A DNA stretch of 64,000 nt from a virus. Below the pieces are notes generated by a model. That model was not told the origin of the DNA and searched no databases. It saw only the letters and a list, made by a program, of their open reading frames with translations. Below, piece by piece: positions 9,521 to 18,555 of the stretch (the first letter of the stretch is position 1; each line of letters begins with the position of its first letter). The stretch lies in the IMG/VR virus record IMGVR_UViG_3300022074_000006, positions 1-64,000 of that record; one strand, 5' to 3'. The translations under genes and the position numbers were made by a program.

Positions 9521-10531
9521 GTGAAAGTAACTTTTGGCATTGTTAATTGTAATAGACTTCACTATCTAAGGGCGTGTGTAGAATCCATTTTTATTTCAAC
9601 TTCAGATTATGACAATAAAGAAATAATTGTAGTTGACAACGCCAGCATTGAACCGGGAACAGAAGATTACTTAAAAATCCTTGCTTCTCGAGGAGTGAAT
9701 GTAATTCAAACTACCAAAAGAGATCCTATTAACGAGTTCGCTCGGGCACTAAACACTATAGTAAAAGAGTCTACCGGAGACGTCATTTGTCCACTTAGTG
9801 GAGATCTTCAGTTTGTATTGTCCCCCGGGTGGATTAAACCTTTTTTGAAAATAGTTGCTGAAAAAGAAGACTTAGGATCTTTGATGCTTGACTCTCAAAG
9901 AAGAAAGACTATAGCAGGCAACACTCTAGAGAGACCTGTATTCTATGAAGAAATGAAATTTTGGAAGAACACTTCCAGGCCTCCAATAGCTACAAGTGGC
10001 AACTCTTTTTACAGAAGAGAGGTTTTAGAAAAGCTAGGTCCATGGTCAGAAGAAAACAAGAATCATGAAGGAACAGATGATTCAGAGACAAAAATGCTCA
10101 AAAGAGTGATTAGTTACTGTGTTGAAAACAAAGTAGATTGGAGCCAGTATCAGTCTTGTTTTCCTGCAACCGTCATGATAACGACCGACCCTAGAGGAAC
10201 CAATGCAAGAATCAGAGGCGAAAAGGTGTATGGAAAATATGTAGAAGGAAAAGGTGATTCCGGAACATATTACAAGTTTAGATCTATAGAAGAGCTTCAA
10301 GAAAAGTATGGACTTCATGTTCGAGACTTTCCTTTAGAAATAGAGAAAGTTGCAATTGGGGAAGGATTCGGTATATATCTAGACAGAAACGGAGACTGGA
10401 AAAAAAGCCCCATAAGGGTTGAGGACTGTAACCCGGAAGACTGGTCTTACATAAATCCTGAAATGGAAAAAAAAAGACAAGTAAATAATATTCCAGAGGA
10501 CTACTTGAAAGATTGGATGGAAAGTGAGTAA
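9521..10531 (+). CDS. Glycosyltransferase family 2-like
   Basis: FGIVNCNRLHYLRACVESI and EIIVVDNASIEPGT. GTG start. Confidence 0.75.
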   Translation: MKVTFGIVNCNRLHYLRACVESIFISTSDYDNKEIIVVDNASIEPGTEDYLKILASRGVNVIQTTKRDPINEFARALNTIVKESTGDVICPLSGDLQFVLSPGWIKPFLKIVAEKEDLGSLMLDSQRRKTIAGNTLERPVFYEEMKFWKNTSRPPIATSGNSFYRREVLEKLGPWSEENKNHEGTDDSETKMLKRVISYCVENKVDWSQYQSCFPATVMITTDPRGTNARIRGEKVYGKYVEGKGDSGTYYKFRSIEELQEKYGLHVRDFPLEIEKVAIGEGFGIYLDRNGDWKKSPIRVEDCNPEDWSYINPEMEKKRQVNNIPEDYLKDWMESE

Positions 10532-12191
10532 TAATTTAGTAGGAGGTTTGTGGGCCGGCCATGACTGTGCATACTGCATTTTAGACGAAAAAGGCACGCC
10601 TTTGATTCATGCAGAACTAGAGAGATACAACAGAGAAAAGTCTCCCAATGGAGATGTAGTTGAATTCATGATTCATAGATCAAAAGATCTTTATGATCGG
10701 TGTGGAACCTTTGGCATTCCATATCCAGTCAAAAAAATAAAGTCTTACAAAGAATCTTTTGCTAATTTGGAGAGTCATGTTAAGTCACTAGGTGGAGACA
10801 TACACTTCTTTTCTCACCATTACTGTCACGCTGCTAATGCATTTTATTCTTCCAACTTTGAAGATTCCATAGTTCTGACAATGGACGGGGGAGGATCTGA
10901 AAATGAGGCAGGAGGAGAGACTTGCTGTACAGTCTGGAGAGGTTCCGGAAATCAGCTTTACCCACTTAAGATATTCACACCTTCAGAAGTCAATATCGGC
11001 GGAGTTTGGTCTAGAATTACCAGGTACGTCTTTGGTCTTCAAAATGGGTGGCCTAGAGGAGGTCAGGAAGGAACAGTGATGGCAATGGCAGCACTAGGAG
11101 ATCCTTCAAAGTATTACGATGACTTTCTAAAAATGCTTACAGTTGACAAGATGTCAGCCGGATTTAAACCACCTAATCAACCAAAAGGGGCTAGAATTCC
11201 AGGCAAAGATCCTGTCCATCCATACCTAGACAGATGGTTTCAAATAGCCCAGTCTTCTGATCAAGAGACTTATAATCTAGCCGCAAGTCTTCAGTTGGCC
11301 ACTGAAAGCTTGATTGAGTCAATACTGAAGTTTGCACATCAATCAGCAGGGAGTGAAACCACAAATCTTTGTTTGTCCGGAGGAGTTACACTAAATTCTG
11401 TAGCTATGGGAAAGATAAACAAATGGATGCCTGGAGCTTTTAGTAGCATTTACATTCCTCCTGTTCCTTACGATGCCGGATTAGCGATTGGTGCAGCCCA
11501 AATTGTGACACACGGAATACAAAGAAAACCTCGAGTCAAATGGGACACAAACTTTCCTTCTTATTTAGGGGAGGTGTGGAAGAAAGACTTTGTAAATGAA
11601 TCGATTCAGGCAGCGGTAGAAAAGAATCCACACGTCCAAGTCGAAACAGGAACAGATGAAGAAGTCGTAGACATGCTAGCTGACCAAAAGATAGTTGCTG
11701 TTTTTAATGGAAAGTCAGAGTCTGGTAGAAGAGCTTTGGGTAATAGAAGCATACTGGCTGACCCTAGAAGTTCTAGAATGAAAGATGACATTAATAAGAA
11801 AGTAAAACATCGACAATGGTACAGGCCTTTTGCACCTTCTGTCCTAGAAGAAGACGGGAAAGAATGGTTCGATGATTTTATAGAAAGTCCTTACATGCAG
11901 TTTGTCTTGCCAATCAAAGAGGATAAGAAAGAAAAAGTTCCTGCCATAGTTCATTTTGATGGTTCAGCAAGACTTCAAACGATAAACGAAAACCACAATC
12001 CTTGGTACTATAGATTTCTAAAGACATGGAAGTCTAAAACAGGTGTTCCAATATTGCTCAATACGAGTTTTAATGATAGAGAGCCCATATGTGAAACTCC
12101 CGTTCACGCAATAAATTGTTTTTTAGGGACAGACATTGATTGCCTTTACTTTCCGGAAGTAGGTAAAGTGCTAAAGAAGGATTCAGAATAA
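10524..12191 (+). CDS. NodU/CmcH-family O-carbamoyltransferase
   Basis: GHD, ELERYNREK, HHYCHAANAFYSS, GGVTLN, GRRALGNRSILADPR, RQWYRPFAPSVL, VPILLNTSFN. Confidence 0.93.
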   Translation: MSNNLVGGLWAGHDCAYCILDEKGTPLIHAELERYNREKSPNGDVVEFMIHRSKDLYDRCGTFGIPYPVKKIKSYKESFANLESHVKSLGGDIHFFSHHYCHAANAFYSSNFEDSIVLTMDGGGSENEAGGETCCTVWRGSGNQLYPLKIFTPSEVNIGGVWSRITRYVFGLQNGWPRGGQEGTVMAMAALGDPSKYYDDFLKMLTVDKMSAGFKPPNQPKGARIPGKDPVHPYLDRWFQIAQSSDQETYNLAASLQLATESLIESILKFAHQSAGSETTNLCLSGGVTLNSVAMGKINKWMPGAFSSIYIPPVPYDAGLAIGAAQIVTHGIQRKPRVKWDTNFPSYLGEVWKKDFVNESIQAAVEKNPHVQVETGTDEEVVDMLADQKIVAVFNGKSESGRRALGNRSILADPRSSRMKDDINKKVKHRQWYRPFAPSVLEEDGKEWFDDFIESPYMQFVLPIKEDKKEKVPAIVHFDGSARLQTINENHNPWYYRFLKTWKSKTGVPILLNTSFNDREPICETPVHAINCFLGTDIDCLYFPEVGKVLKKDSE

Positions 12192-13340
12192 ATGAAAAAA
12201 GTTACGATAAGAGGACCGGTTCTAACTCAGTCTGGGTACGGCGTTCATGCCAGGCAATTTGTAAAGTACGCAATGAGAAAAAAAGATTGGGATTTGTCTT
12301 TTTCTGTCACGCCTTGGGGGATGACCCCCTGGCTCTTAGACACTTCTGATCCTGTTGTAGACTTTGTTACTAAAAGAACAGCACCTCATGACAACGCTGA
12401 CCTAAGTATTCAGATTCAGCTTCCTAACGAATGGAACCCGGGAATTGCGAAAAAAAATATCGGTGTTACAGCCGCCGTAGAGACTGACTTTTGCAATGGT
12501 ATGTGGGTAGATCGATGCAATCAAATGGATGCTGTAATCGTTCCTTCTAGTTTTACAAAGAGTGTGATTGAAAAGTCCGGAACTGTAAAAACAAATCTTG
12601 TGGTTGTAAACGAGGCCTTTCCTGAAGAGTTTGAAGAAGAAGTTAATCCTCTGGATTTAGAATTGGACACAGACTTCAACTTCTTGGTCTATGGACAAGT
12701 CACAGGAACAAATTCTGAAAATGACAGAAAGAATCTTTTCTATACAGTAAAGTGGCTATGTGAAACATTTGAAGGTGACAAAAATGTTGGAATAGTAATA
12801 AAAACAAATTCAGGAAAAAACACAAAGATAGACAGGATGGTAACTCATAGAACCTTGAGTCAACTTATAAAGACTGTTCGAAAGGGAAATTTTCCAAGAA
12901 TTCATCTCTTGCACGGAAATCTAAAGAACAAAGAAGTGGCAGGCCTGTATGTTCACCCTAAAATCAAAGCAATAGTTTCAGCAACTAGAGGAGAAGGTTA
13001 TGGTTTGCCTCTATTAGAGGCAGCTGCGTCAGGTCTCCCGGTAGTTGCCACAAACTGGTCCGGACACCTGGACTTTCTTAAGAAGGGAAGATTTATATCT
13101 CTAGACTACACACTGGAGTCAATCCCTGATGACATGTCAGACAACAACATTTTTATGAAAGGGTCAAAGTGGGCTCAAGTACATGAGTCTGACTTTAAGA
13201 AAAAGCTGAAAAAGCTTAGAGGTAGTCATGACGTTCCTTTGGGATGGGCAAAAGACTTAAGAAAAGTCATACGAAAAGAATTTTCTCAAAAAGCCATAGA
13301 ACAAAAAATTGATGAAGTTGTGGAGAAAATCATAGGATGA
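12192..13340 (+). CDS. Glycosyltransferase family 4 (GT-B)
   Basis: SGYGVHARQF and TRGEGYGLPLLEAAASGLPVVATNWSGH. Confidence 0.9.
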   Translation: MKKVTIRGPVLTQSGYGVHARQFVKYAMRKKDWDLSFSVTPWGMTPWLLDTSDPVVDFVTKRTAPHDNADLSIQIQLPNEWNPGIAKKNIGVTAAVETDFCNGMWVDRCNQMDAVIVPSSFTKSVIEKSGTVKTNLVVVNEAFPEEFEEEVNPLDLELDTDFNFLVYGQVTGTNSENDRKNLFYTVKWLCETFEGDKNVGIVIKTNSGKNTKIDRMVTHRTLSQLIKTVRKGNFPRIHLLHGNLKNKEVAGLYVHPKIKAIVSATRGEGYGLPLLEAAASGLPVVATNWSGHLDFLKKGRFISLDYTLESIPDDMSDNNIFMKGSKWAQVHESDFKKKLKKLRGSHDVPLGWAKDLRKVIRKEFSQKAIEQKIDEVVEKIIG

Positions 13341-14170
13341 AGGTAGGAATTATAGGGCAAGGATTTGTAGGATCTGCTATAAGAGAAGGCCTGAAAGGTT
13401 TTTACGAAGTTTTAACTTACGACACAGACACCAGTAAGTGTAATTCTTCTCATAAAGAAGTATGTACAGAATGTGAAATAATATTCGTCTGTGTGCCAAC
13501 TCCCATGAGAAAATCAGGTGAGTGTGACACTAGAATTTTACAAGGCGCTGTAAATGAAATAAGTGAGCAATGTAAAGTTTCAGGAAAAACTCCTGTTCTA
13601 GTCGTAAAGTCTACGGTTCCTCCCGGAACAACAGATTCTATCTCTAGCAAAACTAGTTTAAAAGTTTGCTTTAGTCCTGAGTTTTTAACAGAAGCTAATT
13701 CTTTTGATGATTTTAAGAATCAGAGCAGGATTATCATTGGAGGCGAAGGAGCAAAAAAAGTCAAACAAATGTTCCGAAAACCTTTTCCCAACATACCGAT
13801 TGTTGTAACAAAGACTCAAACAGCTGAGATGGTAAAATATTACACCAACTGCTTTCTAGCCACAAAGGTTACGTTTGCAAATCAGATGTACGACATATGC
13901 GAAAACTTAGACATTGATTACGACAAAGTAAGTGAATATGCTCTTCTAGATAAAAGAATTGGCAAGAGTCATTTGGCAGTTCCCGGACCTGATGGCGACC
14001 GAGGTTATGGCGGCCACTGTTTTCCTAAAGACGTAGCAGCAATGACTTACTTAGGTAAGAGTAATGATACAAGAGTTAGATTTTTGCAAAGTGTCGAAAG
14101 GGAAAACGAAGCTTACAGAACCGTAGAAGACTGGAAGAAAATGAAGGGAAGAGCAGTCAGCGATGACTAA
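13337..14170 (+). CDS. UDP-glucose/GDP-mannose dehydrogenase family, short form (277 aa)
   Basis: VGIIGQGFVG, VCVPTP, KSTVPPGT, FSPEFL, AEMVKY, GYGGHCFPKD. The C-terminal UDP-binding domain appears absent. Confidence 0.88.
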   Translation: MKVGIIGQGFVGSAIREGLKGFYEVLTYDTDTSKCNSSHKEVCTECEIIFVCVPTPMRKSGECDTRILQGAVNEISEQCKVSGKTPVLVVKSTVPPGTTDSISSKTSLKVCFSPEFLTEANSFDDFKNQSRIIIGGEGAKKVKQMFRKPFPNIPIVVTKTQTAEMVKYYTNCFLATKVTFANQMYDICENLDIDYDKVSEYALLDKRIGKSHLAVPGPDGDRGYGGHCFPKDVAAMTYLGKSNDTRVRFLQSVERENEAYRTVEDWKKMKGRAVSDD

Positions 14171-15020
14171 GAAAATACTAGTTACAGGTGGTTTAGGATT
14201 TGTCGGATCTCATCTAGTTGACGAGCTATTAAAAGACAAAAACAATAAGGTTACTGTTATAGACAACTTATGCTCTGAGTCTTCTAGTAAAAACTACATG
14301 AGAGACGAAGCTGATTATATCATTGATGATATCCGAAATCTCTCGAACGTATTTTATAAAAGCTTAGAGTTTGATGTCATTTATCACCTGGCAGCTTTAG
14401 CTAGAATTCAACCTTCTTTTAAAGACCCCATGAAGTACATGTCAATCGATATCATGGGAACTGCAGAAGTTTGTGACCTGGCTAGAAGGTGCAATTCTAG
14501 AATTATTTACGCAGGATCTTCTTCAGCTTTCGGCGGTCCGATGCTTAACCCATATGCTTTTGCAAAATTTACTGGTGAGCAAACATGTGAAATGTTTACA
14601 AAGGTTTTCGGTGTCAAAACTTCAATAGCAAGATTTTTTAACGTGTATGGAAAAAGGCAGCCCACTACCGGCCCCTATGCTACAGTAGTAGGAGTCTTTG
14701 AAGAGCAAAAAAGAAATAATCAGCCCCTAACAGTGACGGGAAATGGAGAGCAGAGAAGAGACTTTACACATGTAGAAGATATAGTTCTAGGTCTGATTGC
14801 GATGGAAAGGGACGAAGGTGACTCTCATGTATATCAACTAGGGACCGGAAAAAACTACTCCATAAATGAACTAGCTAAAATGTTTTCATCCAACATAGAA
14901 TACATACCCGAAAGGCCTGGTGAAGCTTGGACGACATTGGCTGACATAAAAGACGCAAATGAAATTCTTGGGTGGAGCCCTTCTGTTTCTTTAGAAGAAT
15001 ACATCAAAGACCTGAATTGA
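14163..15020 (+). CDS. NAD-dependent epimerase (UDP-glucose 4-epimerase-like SDR)
   Basis: KILVTGGLGFVGSHL, HLAA, YAFAK, RFFNVYG, GNGEQRRDFTHVED. Confidence 0.9.
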   Translation: MTKKILVTGGLGFVGSHLVDELLKDKNNKVTVIDNLCSESSSKNYMRDEADYIIDDIRNLSNVFYKSLEFDVIYHLAALARIQPSFKDPMKYMSIDIMGTAEVCDLARRCNSRIIYAGSSSAFGGPMLNPYAFAKFTGEQTCEMFTKVFGVKTSIARFFNVYGKRQPTTGPYATVVGVFEEQKRNNQPLTVTGNGEQRRDFTHVEDIVLGLIAMERDEGDSHVYQLGTGKNYSINELAKMFSSNIEYIPERPGEAWTTLADIKDANEILGWSPSVSLEEYIKDLN

Positions 15021-15029
15021 AAATTTTTC

Positions 15030-15058
15030 TTAAAAAAAGTAATGATCTGTTGTATTAT
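15030..15058 (+). promoter_or_regulatory. Candidate sigma70-type promoter giving a leaderless transcript
   Basis: TTAAAA(15030-35)-17 nt-TATTAT(15053-58), ending 5 nt before ATG 15064. No SD motif. Confidence 0.35.
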
Positions 15059-15063
15059 TAAAC

Positions 15064-15894
15064 ATGAAAGTTAATTTTCCTACCGGTAAACCTCACATAT
15101 CATTTTCTGAATGGAAGTCCTGGAAAGAGTGCCCATTTAGGCATAAGCTGGCATACATTGACAAAATAGATACTTTTCAACCCTCACCCTTTTTAGACTT
15201 TGGAACAGCAGTTCATGAAGGGGCTGAGTCTTTCTTAAATGAGGGATCAGTCCCCAGAGAGAAACTAATAAATGAAATTAGAGAAGCCTGGCTGAAAAAT
15301 GGTTTCGACAAAAAAGAATGGGTAGAGAAACAGCCAGGGTGGTACAAGTACCACCCAGTTGAAGAGTGGGTTGACTGGGCAAACAACATGTGGGATGAGA
15401 TTCCCGATTATCTTGACAAAGAATTTCCAGGATGGAAGCCGGTAATAGCTGAAGAACAGCTCTATGAAGAAATTCCTGGAGTTGATGTCAAATTTAAAGG
15501 TTTCATAGACGTAATAATAAAACAGCCCAGAAAAAACGGAACATGGAAGTATTGGATCTTAGACTGGAAGACTGCTTCACCTCGAGGGTGGTCTCGAGAT
15601 AAAAAGCAAGATTTCAATATGCAGGCTCAGCTGATCCTATACAAACACTTCTGGGGGACTAAACATAATATTAACATGAGAGACATAGGATGCGGTTTTG
15701 TTTTGCTCAAGAGGGGCGGAAAGAAAGGAAACATATGTTCTCTAGTGAATGTTAGTGCTGGACCAAAGATGATTGAAAAGGCTCAAAAAACTACGAGGTC
15801 CATGATAAAGTCTGTAAAGAAAGGTATGTTTTTGAAGAATAGAAATTCATGTACTTTTTGTGACTTTAAAAATACAGAATATTGCCCGAGTTGA
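15064..15894 (+). CDS. PD-(D/E)XK (Cas4/AddB/RecB-like) exonuclease with probable Fe-S cluster
   Basis: SFSEWKSWKECP, GTAVHE, FKGFIDVII, ILDWKT, QLILY, C-terminal CTFCDFKNTEYC. Confidence 0.88.
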   Translation: MKVNFPTGKPHISFSEWKSWKECPFRHKLAYIDKIDTFQPSPFLDFGTAVHEGAESFLNEGSVPREKLINEIREAWLKNGFDKKEWVEKQPGWYKYHPVEEWVDWANNMWDEIPDYLDKEFPGWKPVIAEEQLYEEIPGVDVKFKGFIDVIIKQPRKNGTWKYWILDWKTASPRGWSRDKKQDFNMQAQLILYKHFWGTKHNINMRDIGCGFVLLKRGGKKGNICSLVNVSAGPKMIEKAQKTTRSMIKSVKKGMFLKNRNSCTFCDFKNTEYCPS

Positions 15895-15896
15895 GA

Positions 15897-17162
15897 ATGA
15901 CAGAAAAGAAAAAAATATTAATGTTGTCAGACCACGCCCTGAGCACATCAGGTGTAGGATGTCAAAGTCGTTTTTTAGTGAACGGTCTTTTAAAAAAGAA
16001 TGAGTGGACTGTTAGACAGTTAGGTGCAGCCATATCACATGAAAACTATGATGTTGTAAAAGTCACAGATGATTTCTATATCAAGCCCGTAGATGGTTTT
16101 GGAAATCCAGAAATGATAAGACAAATCCTTGTTACCGAGAAGCCTGATCTTATTTTTATTTTTACGGATCCTAGGTTTTTTACTTGGCTTTGGGAGATGG
16201 AAGACGAAATACATCAAGTTTGTCCAATTGCCTACTGGCATGTGTGGGACAACTACCCAAGCCCTGAATACAATAAAGTATTGTACGACTCTACAGATCT
16301 CGTCAATTGTCACAGCTATTTGACATACAATATTGTCAAAGAAATGTTTCCGGATAAAGCAGGATTCATTCCTCACGCATTACCTGATGAAGTTTTTTAT
16401 GAAATGTCAGAATCAGAAAAAGTATCAGCTAGAAATGGAATGATAGGCCCGGGATATGAAGATGCTTTTATATCACTTTGGGTTAATAGAAATGCGAAGA
16501 GAAAACGGCCCGGAGACATGATTTGGGCATGGAGTAAATTTATCAAGAAAGTCAAGGAAAGAGAAGGTTCTAATTTTAAGAATGATGCTTTTCTTTTTAT
16601 GCACACGGATCCAAACGACCCAGAAGGACCAAACCTTTACGAAAACATAAAGCTGATGGACGTGGTTGATTCTGTAATACTTTCACCAGACCGAGTTGAC
16701 TTTGCAAAAATGAACGAAATTCACAACGGCGTAGACTGTTGTATACAAATTAGCTATGCTGAAGGTTTTGGTTTGTCAACTTTAGAATCAATGCAGTGTG
16801 CTAATCCCATTATTGCTGTAAAGACTGGAGGTCTGACTCGACAGGTTGTTGACCACCGCGACGGAACAGAAAACGGAATCGGGCTAGACGTAGAATTCCA
16901 GTCAATCGTAGGTTCACAACATGTTCCTTATATATTTGAAGACTATGTGTCAACCGACACTATTGCTGATGCTTTATTGACAATGTATGACATGTCGAAA
17001 GAAGAAAGAAATTCTCTGGGAAGAAAGGCCAAAAAATATGTCCGTGAAGAATTTGGTTATCAAAAAACTATAGACTTGTGGCATGACTCTTTGAAAAATC
17101 TAGTCGAAGACTGGAAAGAAAACAAGGAAAAAAGAAAGCAATGGACCCTACAGTCACTATAG
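15897..17162 (+). CDS. Glycosyltransferase family 4 (GT-B)
   Basis: KILMLSDHALSTSGVG, NRNAKRKRP, SYAEGFGLSTLESMQCANPIIA. ATG 15897 is in frame with the track start 15882. Confidence 0.9.
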   Translation: MTEKKKILMLSDHALSTSGVGCQSRFLVNGLLKKNEWTVRQLGAAISHENYDVVKVTDDFYIKPVDGFGNPEMIRQILVTEKPDLIFIFTDPRFFTWLWEMEDEIHQVCPIAYWHVWDNYPSPEYNKVLYDSTDLVNCHSYLTYNIVKEMFPDKAGFIPHALPDEVFYEMSESEKVSARNGMIGPGYEDAFISLWVNRNAKRKRPGDMIWAWSKFIKKVKEREGSNFKNDAFLFMHTDPNDPEGPNLYENIKLMDVVDSVILSPDRVDFAKMNEIHNGVDCCIQISYAEGFGLSTLESMQCANPIIAVKTGGLTRQVVDHRDGTENGIGLDVEFQSIVGSQHVPYIFEDYVSTDTIADALLTMYDMSKEERNSLGRKAKKYVREEFGYQKTIDLWHDSLKNLVEDWKENKEKRKQWTLQSL

Positions 17163-17452
17163 CTGCTCTTTGCGTCTCCATAATACTGATGGTATTTTTT
17201 GGTTTTTACGCAATTAAGTTCGGCATTATATTGTTGCGTATTCAAGATCAAATAGAAGAATCTTTAGATATAATAGACGAACAGTACGATAAGATGACAT
17301 ACATTTTAGAAATACCTCTTGCCAGCGATAGTCCTCAAGTTAAGGAGATTGTCAACGCCGTCAGGGAAACTCGAAACGCCGTTCTCGAGGTGTCTCACGC
17401 GTTAGTTCGTCATGCTTCAGAAGAAGAGACGAAAAAAATTGACAAAAATTAA
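17141..17452 (+). CDS. Small single-pass membrane protein with coiled-coil tail
   Basis: Hydrophobic stretch VTIAALCVSIILMVFFGFYAIKFGIILL followed by an acidic helical region. Confidence 0.65.
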   Translation: MDPTVTIAALCVSIILMVFFGFYAIKFGIILLRIQDQIEESLDIIDEQYDKMTYILEIPLASDSPQVKEIVNAVRETRNAVLEVSHALVRHASEEETKKIDKN

Positions 17453-18173
17453 AAGAAAAATAAGAAGAAGAAAAAAGGGGACCAAAAGTCGACCTTATTT
17501 CACCGCCGAAACTCAAGAATCAATAGTAAAGTATCAAAATTCTGACTGCATCAAGGAAAAGCAGACTATATACGAAAAAGAGATAAAAAATGCTTTTGAG
17601 AAACTTGTCGAAAACTTAATTCACGTCTACAACTTTAATGCTCCTTACGATACTTTTGATTCTTTGAAGGCAGACTGTGTTTCCTTTCTTTATGAGTCTA
17701 TACACAAGTGGTCTCCTGAAAGAGGCACCAAAGCTTTCTCTTATTTTAACGTATGTGGAAAAAACTGGCTGATAATAAAAACTAGACAACAAAAAAAGAG
17801 GGTGTCTCGTCATATATCAACTTCTGACATGAATGATTTTTCTGCTGCTCAAAAAACATCTTACGCTAATCATGATGTCGTCCCTCCTCCAGATGAGCTC
17901 ATAATGGAGAGACAAAGAAAAGGTGAAATCTTTAGGGTTCTCGAAACCCTCAAACAGTGCACCCATAATGAAACAGAAAAAGTTTGTCTCAAAGCCATAA
18001 CAAAAGTCTTTGAATCAGTTGACACATTAGACTTTTTAAATAAAAGAGCAGTCTTGATATATGTAAGAGACATATCGGGACTAGAGCCTAAAAAACTTTC
18101 CGTCGCGATGTCTTCCTTGAGAAAGCAGTACAAGAAAATCACGAAGGACAAGGAGAGGTTTGATATATTCTAA
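17412..18173 (+). CDS. Phage sigma factor, T4 gp55-like (late transcription); start uncertain
   Basis: YFTAETQESIVKY, FEKLVENLI, LKADCVSFLYESIHKWSPERGTKAFSYF resemble sigma region 2. It lies directly upstream of the structural module. Confidence 0.7.
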   Translation: MLQKKRRKKLTKIKRKIRRRKKGTKSRPYFTAETQESIVKYQNSDCIKEKQTIYEKEIKNAFEKLVENLIHVYNFNAPYDTFDSLKADCVSFLYESIHKWSPERGTKAFSYFNVCGKNWLIIKTRQQKKRVSRHISTSDMNDFSAAQKTSYANHDVVPPPDELIMERQRKGEIFRVLETLKQCTHNETEKVCLKAITKVFESVDTLDFLNKRAVLIYVRDISGLEPKKLSVAMSSLRKQYKKITKDKERFDIF

Positions 18174-18553
18174 TGACTAAAAAAGAAAAAACTCTCACGG
18201 ATAGTCTAGACAGAGTAAAGTCTGTGTCTAAAAAAGTAGAAGCTTTCAAAGAACTTCTAGATAACTTAGAAGAAATAGACGACAAAAAGAAAATTCTCTG
18301 GAAAGAGATTTATGACAATGCAGTTAATGACAGAAACATGGCAGACATGTTGTTTACAGATTCTTGGCAAAGAATGAACGGATCAAATCCTCTCACTCAC
18401 GAAGTGGTCGGATCTACGATGTCTAAGTACTTAGAGCGGATGTGCAAGTCAAATGAGCAAATTTTAAGACTGGCGGAGCTTATACATAAGGCCGAGGACA
18501 AGTCTTCAAAGATAAATCCGGATGATCTTTTTGATCAAATCATGGATGAGTAA
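18173..18553 (+). CDS. Hypothetical helical protein
   Basis: Coupled ORF of 126 aa, predicted helical. No family recognised with confidence. Confidence 0.7.
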   Translation: MTKKEKTLTDSLDRVKSVSKKVEAFKELLDNLEEIDDKKKILWKEIYDNAVNDRNMADMLFTDSWQRMNGSNPLTHEVVGSTMSKYLERMCKSNEQILRLAELIHKAEDKSSKINPDDLFDQIMDE

Positions 18554-18555
18554 AG

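Noticed and set aside
15064-15894. CRISPR-Cas locus around the Cas4-like gene
   Set aside because: No repeat-spacer array or other cas gene is visible. Stand-alone Cas4/AddB-like nucleases are common in phages.
194-17162. Ordinary bacterial O-antigen or capsule locus
   Set aside because: No flippase, polymerase, chain-length or initiating transferase gene is seen, and the island runs without a break into phage sigma and baseplate genes. A chimeric assembly cannot be excluded from sequence alone.
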